From the human T2T-CHM13v2.0 reference genome, Homo sapiens, in assembly GCF_009914755.1 (NCBI RefSeq), contig NC_060945.1: a DNA stretch of 64,000 nt, one strand, 5' to 3'. The notes under the pieces were generated by a model that was not told the origin of the DNA, made no database searches, and worked only from the letters and a program-made list of their open reading frames with translations. Positions within the stretch are counted from its first letter, which is position 1, and the number at the start of each line of letters is the position of its first letter. The translations under genes were made by a program, and so were the position numbers. This document shows, one piece after another, positions 51,146-64,000 of the stretch.

Positions 51146-51772
51146 TTCTTTTTTTTTTCCTTTTCTTCTTTTTTATACAGAGTCTTATTCTGTCACCTAG
51201 GCTGGAGTACAGTGGTGCAATCACAGCTCACTGCAGCCTCGATCTCCTGGACTCAACTAATCCTCCTGCCTCAGCCTTCTGGGTAGTTGAGACTACAGGT
51301 ACATGCCACCACAGTCCCCTAATCTTTTAATTTTTATTTTTAGTAGAGATGAGGTCTCACTATGTTGCCGAGGCTGGTCTTTTTTTTTTTTTTTTTTTTG
51401 AGACAGAGTCTTGCTGTGTTGCCCAGGCTGGAGTGCAGTGGCTTGATCTCGGCTCACTGCAACCTCCGCCTCCTGGGTTCAAGCAATTCTCTGCCTCACC
51501 TCCTGAGTAGCTGGGATTACAAGCACCTGCCACCACAGCTGGCTAATTTTTTTTGTATTTTTAGTAGAGACAGGGTTTCACCATCTTGGCCAGGCTGGTC
51601 TTGAACTCCTGACCTTGTGATCCACCCACCTCGGCCTCCCAAAGTGCTGGGATTACAGGCATGAGCCACCGTGCCCGGCCACCCAGGCTGGTCTTGAACT
51701 TCTGGCCTCAAGCAATCCTCTCGCCTCAGCCTTCCAAAGTGCTGAGATTACAGGCATGAGCCACCCAGCCCA
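51146..51772 (-). mobile_element. AluJ with a nested AluS (51380-51680)
   Basis: Inner element flanked by AGGCTGGTCTT duplicates. Confidence 0.9.
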
Positions 51773-51789
51773 CTCACGTTTGGCTTTCT

Positions 51790-52000
51790 TTTTCCTGTTT
51801 TTTTTAAACTTCAACTTTTATTTCAGATACAGAGGTAGACGTGCTGGTTAGTTGCATGGGAATATTGCATGATGCTGAGGTTTGGGGTTCGAATTCCATC
51901 ACCCAGGTAGTAAGCATACCACAACATAGGTTTTTCAACCCTCCCACTCCCCACCTTGTAATAGTCTGTAGTGTCTTTTCCCATATTTATGTCCACGTGT
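51790..52000 (-). mobile_element. L1PA/PB 3' end fragment
   Basis: TTCAACTTTTATTTCAGATACAGAGG...ATATTGCATGATGCTGAGGTTTGG...CCATCACCCAGGTAGTAAGCATA. Confidence 0.75.
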
Positions 52001-52291
52001 GATTAGCTTTTCCCATATTTATGTCCATGTGTGATTAGCTAGGTCACTTCCCAGAATGTTATATACCCACACACATTGAGAAAGTTTTTGGCACTGGAAT
52101 TGCCCTGGGTGATTGTGTTGGAACAGGTGCCAAAACAGTAACGTTCTTACCTGAAACACTGCTGGGGTTTGCAGGAAGGCACTGATCCACCCTTCCTACA
52201 GCTTGTTCATGCCAAAAAATACAAGGAAAGCTGCAGCTCCCCGAAGGAGAGGGAGAGAAACTCTTGCCTCTTTTTAAATGAGTAGACTAAG

Positions 52292-52593
<302 letters not shown>

Positions 52594-52898
52594 CTAAGAT
52601 GAAGGGAAAACATAACACAAATATTTTTCAAGGAGTAGTAAGATATTAGAGCCCTAAAAGATTTGATGGGCACATTTGTCTTGCTTGTTTCACCCTCATC
52701 ATCATCATACGAGTTTATTTCATTTAAAAAACAGAAAACATAGAGAAGCATAGAAAGCATTCCAATCCCCCATAATTCCGCCTCCTAAACATGCATACAT
52801 TTATAGACTACGGTTCCATGGGACCTGATATATATGGTACCTGATACACATGGATAAATTTTTCCTACCAAAATATCATAAATTATATTGTGTTGTAG

Positions 52899-53315
<417 letters not shown>

Positions 53316-53430
53316 TAGTATTCTCTTAAGTGGATGTATTATAAGTTATTTAACTAATACCCTATGATTGATTGCTTGAATTCTTTTCAACTTCTATAAT
53401 TATAATTAATTCTACAATAAACAGCCTTCT

Positions 53431-53738
<308 letters not shown>

Positions 53739-55221
53739 TTAATTAACAAACCCAGATTTCAGGTGTCTCCTAATTTGAGGGACCAGGAGGGAACACCAAG
53801 ACCATATATAGCTGCATTTGTGTTCATCCCTTACCTTATGACTACCAGGATACGTGAACTCAGCCTGTCTTTGAAGCTCTTAAATAATCCTCTAATGTAA
53901 AAACCTCAGTGAACATGTAAACATCACCGGAGTTTTCATAGAGAAGGTGGAAAACAGGTTTTGCAAAACACATCTCACAGAAAAAAATCCCTCATAGACA
54001 TGTCTGTTCTTACTCATTATCTGTTATATCTGGGACTGGGGTAGAGGGTGGCTGGCAAACAAATCAGTTCTTCTGTTCAACTTGCTTCCTCAAACTTGCC
54101 TTGATGCTCAGCCAAACAAAGGGCCCTCCAGTTAGCAGAAATTGCCCTCCTCAGAAGAAAATTTAGCAATCATCTAAACTTGTTTTAAACATGCCCTTTG
54201 AGATATCACGCCCAGCTCCAGCAGTTTGTATTAGAGTATTTCTTCAGATCCTTGTCTGTTAAATCCTTCAAGAGTGTTAACTTTTCTTCACCTAGTTTCT
54301 GCCCATTTCTTGTCAATTTTCTTTCTAGTTTTTTTTTCTTATCTTTCTTTCTGTTTTTTGTTTGTTTGTTTGTTTTGGTTTTGGTTTTGGGTTTTTTTCG
54401 AGACAGTCTTGTGCTATATTGCCCAAGCTGATCTCAAACTCCTGAGCTAGGGCAATCCTCCCACCTCAGCCTCCTGAGTAGCTGGGATTACAGATGTGTG
54501 GCATCATGCTCAGCTCTTTTTCTAATAATTTTTTCTTCTCTGGTTGCTACTGCAGTTGGTAACTTTACTCCACTATATTATCTAATCAAGCCTTCTTTAT
54601 ATAAAGAAAAACTATTGATTTAGATACTTTTGTGTGTGTGAAGTCAACTAGCTTACTGATTTATCTCATTGTTTCTTCTGTTTTAATTGATATATTATTA
54701 TCTGCAAACAATAATTGTGTCTCTTCTTTCAAGTATTCATACCTCTTACTACTTTCTCACGTGTAATTACATTGAGTAATTACATTGAGTAGTACCACTA
54801 AATTAGGAGTACTAGTAGTGATGATGGACTTCTTTGCCTTCCATTGCAAAATCTTTTAATGCTTCCATGAAAAACGATACTGGCTTTGACATATAGTTTA
54901 AACATATACACACATACACACGCAATTTTAATTTCAAAGACTTTACATTTATTCCTATTTAGTGATGGTTTAAGTTCCTTATCTGTATATTTGCTTTGTT
55001 TGCTTTTATTTTTAAACTAGGAAGAAATATTGGATTTGTCAAAGTCCTTTGAGATACCAGTCTACTGATCCATACTAAATTTGAATTATCTTCTTTTTAA
55101 ACACTTAAATAAACTTAGACATGTTTATGGGCTGTTCATTCTATTGTACTGATCTACAAGTCATTTCTAACACCAATAAAGTGCAGGTCTATTTATTGAA
55201 CATTTTAACATATTATAATAG

Positions 55222-55565
<344 letters not shown>

Positions 55566-55599
55566 TCCTTCTATTTTTCTAATCTTTAAGGTTTTCTAG

Positions 55600-55735
55600 G
55601 TAGGGCATGGTGGCTGTAATCCCAGCACTTTGGGAGGCCAAGGTGGAAGAATCGCTTGAGCTCAGGAGTTTGGGACCACCCTGAGCAACATAGTGAGACC
55701 CCATCTCATAAAAAATAAAGATAAAATAAAATAAT
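55600..55735 (+). mobile_element. FLAM
   Basis: Monomer, head-to-head with the AluY. Confidence 0.85.
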
Positions 55736-56260
55736 AAAATTAATTAATTTGAAAAATATTTTCTTGCTTCATGTGTCTTAATATTCTAACCATTATTATA
55801 TTACTATCATGTAGACAGGCAAAATTAATAAGATAGTTAGAAAATAATACAAAATAATTTGGGGCACTTTTATTTAAAAATTAAAATGCATCCAGTACCA
55901 TAAATTCCAGGAGAGGCAGAAATCAATATGAGCTTAATGAGTGATGAAAATTACCACAGATTTATTTTTTGCAGATACAGAAGATGAGAGAGAGAAAAAG
56001 AGAGAAATTACAGAGTGACGGAGAAGGCAGACATCATGCAACATGCTCAAGGGCTATTCATTTTAAGCTGAAACATACATGTGTAGAAAGCATCCTTGTA
56101 CTTATAATCCCAATGACTATGAAGAAAAATAATTTAGCCAAATAGTTCCTAGAACAGGAAAAATAAGGAATTATATTTTGAGATAAGAAGTTAAGCTCTA
56201 GTATAACAATGATATGGGTCAAAGAAAAATGAAAACAAATTTTAAAAACGTTGCAACATG

Positions 56261-56266
56261 AATAAA
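56261..56266 (+). promoter_or_regulatory. Candidate polyadenylation signal of the lncRNA terminal exon
   Basis: AATAAA about 290 nt after a strong 3' splice site, followed by T/GT-rich sequence (GTTTTGAGTTATTTTCTTT). Confidence 0.5.
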
Positions 56267-56578
56267 AGTTTCACCAAATCGGGAGTCTATTATAAGCATG
56301 TTTTGAGTTATTTTCTTTCCCAAAGACTTCATTTTTGTTTCAATTTATTTCAGTAGTATACACTTCTGAAAATATTTAACTAATGTCGTACTGGTTCTCG
56401 TAAAAGGTGAGGTGGAGCAATTCCATTAAGCTATAGTGAGGTGAAGAGAGAATATCTGGTGAATGAATTTGAAATAAGCTCCTTCGCGATATGCCCCTTC
56501 CATAACCTCTGTATCCTTGTCATCCCAAACTGCCCACATTTCGCTGAACTCCTTGCACTTCTCAGAGGACATCTTACC

Positions 56579-57174
56579 TGTCAACCCACGGTATCAGTTG
56601 GCTGGGGGAGGTCCCCAAATACTGGTGAGACCCTGACCCCTGCTAATGTCCAGGCACCTGACACCGATATAGAAGGAATCCAAAGACGACGAGTCAGAAA
56701 ACAGTGACTGTATGAAGATTTACTGCAAAGTGAATCTCCACGGAAGTGCAGTTCACGCCTACTCAAGAGAGAGACACTCCCAGAGGGGCTTGGGGCTGCT
56801 ATCTTTATGGGTTTCTTTAGCCAAAGGGTGAAATATTCATGAAGATTTCTGGAAAAAAGGTGAAGATTTCTTGGAACTGTGGTGCCACCCATTTTTACAC
56901 CAAATATGGGTGTTCCCAGAAGTGTCATGGCATTGGTGGGTATGTAATTTAGTATGTTAATGAATGTACAGTGAAGTCCTCATGAGACCTAGGTGAAATC
57001 CAGCACCATGTTGGGTCCAGTCAGCCTCAGCCAGCTTGGTCTACACCCTGGTTTGCAAAGTATCAGCCCCTAGTTTATGCAGCTATTTCAACAGTTTCCT
57101 TTTTGCTAGTCATGTGAAACTGCTGCCTAGAATTTTCTATTCTCCTACCACCACCCTGTATTATTCCTGTCTCA
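56579..57174 (-). mobile_element. ERV1 solo LTR (LTR29/LTR36-like, subfamily uncertain)
   Basis: TG...CA termini; reverse complement starts TGAGACAGGAATAATACAGGGTGG; TSD TTACC/CTACC. Confidence 0.8.
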
Positions 57175-57685
57175 CTACCCTTCAACTTCCACCCCCTTTT
57201 CCTCTAGATACTTGTATAGTACTCTTCAGACATAGGAGTGTGGAAATCGTCCCCTGCGTCCCAGTCTGAGACAGGTAGTTCTTTTTTTTGCCATCGCATC
57301 TCATGCACGCCTCTCTGAATCACTGGTTTTCTTGACTGTCTCCCTCAGCAGAGACACCACGGAAGGCATCTTAATTGTACATTCAGCATTTAGCATATGG
57401 AAGCATTAAAGATGTTATGCAAAAAACATAAGCTTCTTTTTTAACTTCTTAAGAAATGTGGGCTCAAGCTCTGCTCCCTACTGTATTTATTTTTCTTAAT
57501 ACCCTTGTGGTTAAAATGTCACATAACGATGTCACATAATCTCACTAATATCATATGTTATGGGTATGATATTAATAGTCATATTCAAACTGTTAATGAA
57601 TCACATCAAGAAAGCCCGTCTCCTTTAGTGTCTTATAAAAATTATAGAGGAAAAACAGTGCAAGTCAGTAAGTATAATATTAAGG

Positions 57686-58140
57686 GGCCGGGTGTGGTGG
57701 CTCACGCCTATAATCCCAGCACTTTGGAAGGCCGAGGCCAGCGAATCATGTGAGGTTAAGAGTTCGAGACCAGCCTAACATACTGAAACCCCATCTCTAT
57801 TAAAAATACAAAAATCAGCCAGGCGTAGTGGCGGGCGCCTGTAATCCCAGCTACTCGGGAGGATGAGGAGGAGAATCGCTTGAACCCGGGAGGCAGAGGT
57901 TGCAGAGGTTGCAGTGAGCTGAGATCGCGCCATTGCACTCCAGCCCGTCTGACAGAGCAAGAATATGTAAAAAAAAAAAAAAAAAAAAAGAATAAGGGAA
58001 TCAACCAGGCTCAGTGGCTCATGACTGAAATCCCAATACTTTGAGAGGCTGAGGCAGGAGGATCACTTGAGCCCAGAAGTTTGATCCCAATCTGGGCAAC
58101 ACAGGGAGATCCCCGTCTCTACAAAAATTTTTTTAAAAAA
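57686..58140 (+). mobile_element. AluS followed by FLAM
   Basis: Dimer 57686-57990, monomer 58005-58140 flanked by GAATAAGGGAATCA. Confidence 0.9.
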
Positions 58141-59339
58141 AGAGAATAAGGGAATCATAAAGTTGGAAAGGTAGGTGAAAATCATTCTTCCTGTGGTTCC
58201 TAACTCTGGCTGAGCTTTTAATAAAATGCCAACAACGCCCAGGTCTTATGCTAAGAAAATTTGATTACACTTGTCTTATGTGGTGAAGGAGTAGCTGTGT
58301 ATGTGCGGGTGTGTGCATGTGTGCGCATGTGTGTGCGTGTGTGCATGTGTGTAGAGACAGGGGCTCATTATGTTGCTCAGGCTGGTGTCAAACTCCTGAG
58401 CTCAAGCAATCCACCTGCCTCAGCCTCCCACAGTGCTGGGATTACAGGCATAAGCCAGCAGGCCCGGGTAAGCAGTATTTTTTTAAAGTTCCCCAAATAC
58501 TTCTAATATGCACCCAGAATTGAGGACACCCCATCTAATCCTACTCCATGTTGCCTAATCATTTTCCTGATGAGGCAACATGAGAGGTGACGTCACTTAG
58601 GAGAGTGAGTAAGGGACACACTAAAAATAACTAAAGTTACTCATCAGATCATAGATTCATTATGGAAGGAATGATCAGAAAATCAAGAGATTGGGAAGAA
58701 TTGGCTTGTTTAGATGACCAGTACGGGTGAGATTAACTAGATGGAAAGTAAAGCAACCGCAAGCTGTATGTGGTGGCACTTCAAATAGGAGTAGTGGGAA
58801 CTAACATGAAAAGAAAAAAATGATTACAGTTGGCAGGCAAAGGAGGGATCTGTGCAGGAAATAACTTGGCTGAATAAATAGAATGAGCTAAGACTAGATT
58901 ATCCAAACACGAGATTCATTTCTAAATCAGACAGAGCTGAACTTAACAACAACTCTATCTACTTGTAGTTTCCTCTGTATAAATTTTACACTGCTAGTGA
59001 GCATGGATTTACAGTTATCTGCAAATCTTACTCCTGAAAAATGAGAATATAGACAGCTCCCTGATTTGGAGGAACTGAGAATGGAAATTACATTGTTGCA
59101 TGAGGTCAAATATTTCTCAGGTTTATCTTACACATTTAGAATATTAAAAAAAATAAATTGGGGATAGCAATGAGGGAGATCAATGCAGGAAGTCAACCGA
59201 TATTTATTGGCAGAAGAGCAAGGGAAAAAATGTGATGGTGTTTTGTTTTCCATCAACAGCTCCAATCTCTTCATCCTCCCTCCAAGCCAACTCTATTCCC
59301 AGATGGTCTTTAAATTCTAATATTTAAAGAAATATAGTC

Positions 59340-59730
59340 TTTCCAGGAGCAGTAGCTCGCGCCTGTAGGAAGGTTGCTTGAGGCCAGGAGTTTGAAACCA
59401 GCCTAGGCAACATGGTGAGACTCAAATCTTTTTTTTTTTTCTGAGACAGAGTCTCCCTCTGTCACCCATGCTGGAGTGCAGGGGTGCGATCACGGCTGAC
59501 TATAACCTCCGTCTCCTGGGTTCAAGCGATTCTCCTGCCTCAGCTTCCCGAGTAGCTAGAATTACAGGCGTACGCCGCCACACCTAGCTAATTTTTGTAT
59601 TTTTAATAGAGACGGGGTTTCACCATGTTGGTGAGGCTGGTCTGGAACTCCTGACCTCAGGTGATCTGCCGGCCTCGGCCTCTGAAAGTGCTGGGATTAC
59701 AGGCATAAGCCACCACTCCCGAACAAGACT
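59340..59730. mobile_element. Sense FLAM interrupted by antisense AluS (59428-59725)
   Basis: TSD AGACT(C/G)AAATCT. Confidence 0.85.
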
Positions 59731-60626
59731 GAAATCTAAAATAATTTTAAAAATAAATAAATAAATAAATAAAAATGTTACAGCTCAGCTCTTTCAGAAT
59801 TTGTCTAACAGATTGCTTAGTCTTCACCAGGGCACCCCCTACCCCCACCACCCCACCAAAAAATGTTTTATCCAGGATAAAACTGCTTGCCTTATTATTT
59901 TCTTAATTTCATGCTGTAATCGTGTATACAGTTTCCCAACTTTTTTAGCATTAATCTTTCAAAATACAATTATCTCAGTTTGTGACCCTGATCATATGTC
60001 AAGTAATATAATTTTGTGACTCATACTTTCGGAATATTTTGTCTTAGCTTCCTGATTTTTATACACACATATACAAAGAAATCTCCATTTTTCTTTTCTT
60101 TATTCTTCTTTTATTTATTTATTTACGTATTTTTGAAGATGGGGTCTCACTGTGTTGCCCAGACTGGGTGTGGCTGGAATGGTGTGAGACTTAGAAATTA
60201 CTGTAGATGTTGTTCATCCAAGTTGTCATAATGAAAATTGTGAGACATTCAAATCACTCTTTTTTATGTTATGAACCATGTGCTTCACAAACCCAGATCT
60301 CAAAGCTGTGTAGTAATCCTACTGTAGATTCAATCTAAATGTCAGCCTATGCAAATACAGACTATTTGATATAGAAATATTCCCACCCAAATATTACTTC
60401 CCAATAATTGTAATAGTAAGCCCATACAAAAATAAAGCATCAAAGACTTTTTAGCTGCCTAGCTACCATCCACTCTCTTTTCTATAGGTTTTCAAAAGTC
60501 TAATGGTTCCAACTTCTAATGGACTCAGCATTCGTCAGGGAAACTAGCTCCCAATACTCCTTGACCCTTGCACCGTAATTCATAATGCTTCCATTTTTTT
60601 GCTAAAAGAATCATCAATGGCTCTTG

Positions 60627-60664
<38 letters not shown>

Positions 60665-60830
60665 ACATATCCATCCACAAATGTCCCTCTTCCATTCTCC
60701 CCACGGGTACAGTGATATCTAATAATGAGTTACAAATTTTTTTTGTTTCCTCTTTAATAAATTTAGTACTGGTGTGGCTCTGAATAATTACTAAACAGCC
60801 AATTTTACGTCTTTAAAGTATGTGTATCCA

Positions 60831-61225
<395 letters not shown>

Positions 61226-61770
61226 TTAGCTGTTATTTTTACTGTTTTCCCCTATATTCTTTTATATGTTTAGTGTCTTACAGGAAGAGGTTAAAAAGTG
61301 CAGGGGTGGGGGCAATAGGGGACAGGGAGAATATAATAAAGGATTAAGTAATTAAATAGAAGATAGGAAAGGGTGCTCCAAAAGCAAGTGTCCGTTCCAG
61401 AACTTGCTTCCTAGTAAAGCAAGGTCCTCAGGCCATCTTCTCTGAACCTTGATTCCACTGTATTTTCAGTGTGCGAACAGTGATTTAAATCAGTCCATTT
61501 TAGCTGTCAAACTCATACCGTTTGAGAAGATTCATAACCCCAGAGAGAGCGCTTACGAAGGAGGGATTAACATGGCAAACACATGCGCAAACTCCAGATG
61601 GCTGAGCTGAGACATGTTTGGGGGAAAGTCTCTCTCCTGACTGTGGAGGAAATGCTATATGGGAGGAAAACTAGTGTCTTTTGTGATAAAGGATGGTCAG
61701 TTAGTCACTGGGTCACAAAGCCTGTTCTACAAATCATTCAACTTAAGAAGCATTTGGGACCCCTCGAAAG

Positions 61771-61858
61771 TTTTTTTGTTTGTTTTTGAGACGAAGTTTC
61801 TCTCACTGTTGCTGTGGCTGGAATACAACGGTGCAGTCTCGGCTTACCGCAACCTCCC
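61771..61858 (-). mobile_element. Alu 3' fragment directly downstream of the tRNA
   Basis: Minus strand GGGAGGTTGCGGTAAGCCGAGACTGCACCG...CGTCTCAAAAACAAACAAAAAAA. Confidence 0.8.
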
Positions 61859-61869
61859 GCGCACGGTCC

Positions 61870-61873
61870 AAAA
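61870..61873 (-). terminator. Pol III T4 terminator of the tRNA-Gly gene
   Basis: Minus-strand trailer GCACGAAAATGTGTTTT starts immediately after the discriminator base. Confidence 0.75.
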
Positions 61874-61886
61874 CACATTTTCGTGC

Positions 61887-61957
61887 TGCATGGGCCGGGA
61901 ATCGAACCCGGGCCTCCCGCGTGGCAGGCGAGAATTCTACCACTGAACCACCCATGC
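61887..61957 (-). tRNA. TRG-GCC1-5: tRNA-Gly, anticodon GCC (Gly-GCC-1 isodecoder; probably the chr21 copy tRNA-Gly-GCC-1-5)
   Basis: Reverse complement reads GCATGGGTGGTTCAGTGGTAGAATTCTCGCCTGCCACGCGGGAGGCCCGGGTTCGATTCCCGGCCCATGCA (71 nt): perfect GCATGGG/CCCATGC acceptor stem, A box TGGTTCAGTGG, GCC anticodon, B box GGTTCGATTCC, no encoded CCA. The copy number in the symbol is inferred from memory of the isolated context. Confidence 0.97.
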
Positions 61958-62071
61958 ACCGATAGAAGAGTTGGGGAAAAGCAGTAACATGATTGGAACG
62001 CGACTGGAAGGTGTTCTTTGTTGCAAGAGACTAGATAATGGAGAAGGAAGATGATAATATTTTGGTCACTT

Positions 62072-62380
62072 GGCTGGGCATGGTGGCTCATGCCTGTAAT
62101 CTCAGCACTTTGGGAGGCCGAGTGGGGAGGATTGCTTGAGCCCAGGAGTTCGAGACCAGCCTGGGCAACACAGGGAGACTCTTGTCTCTAAAAAAAAAAA
62201 CTAAAAAAAAAGAAAATGAGCCGGGCATGGTGGCACGTGCCTGTAGTCCCAGCTACTCAGGAGCCTGAGGAGGGAGGATTGCTTGAGCCTGGGAGGTCAA
62301 GGCTGCAGCGAGCTGTGGTCATGCCACTTGCAATCCAGCCTAGGTGACAGAGTGAGACACTGCCTCAACAGCAACAAAAA
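62072..62380 (+). mobile_element. AluJ
   Basis: TSD TTGGTCACTTG. Confidence 0.93.
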
Positions 62381-62982
62381 AGTTGGTCACTTGAAGTATT
62401 GCTACTTATTGATTCATGATACAATTAAATGTTGCCTCTCCAGATTGTTTGGGGGAATTGGGGGGTTTTTTGAGAATAAAGTGCTCCAGATAGCCGTGTG
62501 AGTGCCTCTTGAATAAACACCAGTTTTTTTAAAAATTGAATTCATTTATATAAAAATATAAATTGCATTAAATGCTATTTATATTAAATGCTTTCCTGCC
62601 ATCTTAAGCAGAATGCGCTGAATAATACCTTACTGAGGACTCAGCACCGTGACAGCCATTGCTGATTATTGCAGTGAACTGTGATTCAGTGATGTGGGAC
62701 ACACCGTCAAGGAAGTGAGTGCAATGAGAGCTCCACATACACAAAGTTCAGAAAAAAAACAAAGCACAGGAGGCTGTTTGCTTTCTAACTACTCGTTTCA
62801 CCCCTGGACTCTGGTGTACTCTCCAGCATGCCCCACTTCAGGAAGGATATTGGCAAAGTGGAGTATTCTAGCTAAGAAAAGAAGCTAGGATGGTAAGCGC
62901 TATTGAAACAAGGTTCAGCCAGCAAAATGTCTGAAAGCGTTAGAGAAGCTTAACTTAGAGAAAACTTATATATAAATATTTA

Positions 62983-63309
<327 letters not shown>

Positions 63310-63331
63310 TCATTACAGAAAAGCAGATTTT

Positions 63332-63626
63332 GGGCCGGACGCAGTCGCTCACGCCTGTAATCCCAACACTTTGGGAGGCCGAGGCTGGCGGATCACCTGA
63401 GGTTGGGAGTTCGAGACCACCCTGACCAACATGGAGAAACCCCGTCTCTACTAAAAACACAAAATTAGTCGGGTATGGTGGCACATGCCTGTAATCCCAG
63501 CTACTCGGGAGGCTGAGGCAGGAGAATCGCTTGAACCCAGGAGGCGGAGGTTGCGGTGAGCCGGAGATCGCGCCATTGCACTCCAGCCTGGGCAACAAGA
63601 ACGAAACTCCGTCTCAAAAAAAAAAA
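63332..63626 (+). mobile_element. AluSp-like
   Basis: TSD AGAAAAGC(A/G)GATTTTG. Confidence 0.95.
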
Positions 63627-64000
63627 GAAAAGCGGATTTTGATTCAATATGAAAGAAACTCCTCTTTATAATTCATTTTGATTCATAATTTATGTGCAAG
63701 ATCTTACTTGGTTTCGCAGGTAATGGAATAATGAGCGAACAAAAGTCCCAAACTCAAAAAAGACATTAACCTAGGGTAGCTGGAATGGAGAGTGCACGAG
63801 GCGAGGAGCAATGAGAGTTGGAGAAGCAAATGGGACTAGATCATGGAGGGCCTGGAAAGGTAGGATTGTTTTAAACAAGTAACTGGAAGTGATAAATCAT
63901 TTTAAAATATTTTTAACTCACATTTTAATTACAAAGCTAATTATTATAAAAGTAAAATAAGTTTATTAAAATTTTAAATATATCAAAATATATTATGTAA

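Noticed and set aside
61750-61980. tRNA plus Alu as one retroposed chimera or tRNA pseudogene
   Set aside because: The tRNA is intact, lacks encoded CCA, has its own terminator, and no convincing TSD brackets the pair

Overview
Primate (almost certainly human) non-coding, Alu-saturated genomic DNA. No protein-coding gene is supported: the listed ORFs are Alu, LTR or microsatellite translations or short random frames. The firmest landmark is an intact tRNA-Gly(GCC) gene on the minus strand (61887-61957). Its sequence and single-copy context suggest, from recollection and not a search, the chr21q21.1 copy upstream of CXADR. In that case the window also holds the lncRNA LINC01549 (about 46.0-56.3 kb; only its terminal exon signals are visible here) and a U6 pseudogene. 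That U6 copy is a U6/L1 chimeric retrocopy with target-site duplications (TSDs). The rest is about 50 Alu/FLAM pieces, three THE1 solo LTRs (two of them divergent and 151 bp apart), MST, MLT1 and ERV1 solo LTRs, hAT DNA-transposon fossils, old L1/L2/MIR fragments and long purine microsatellites. I found no convincing novel biological system. The best second-look items are small structural oddities: the U6/L1 chimera, a templated-insertion-like scar, a duplicated Alu pair with a shared 10-mer expansion, and the tRNA-Alu junction. Repeat subfamily names come from remembered consensus sequences and need RepeatMasker/Dfam confirmation.
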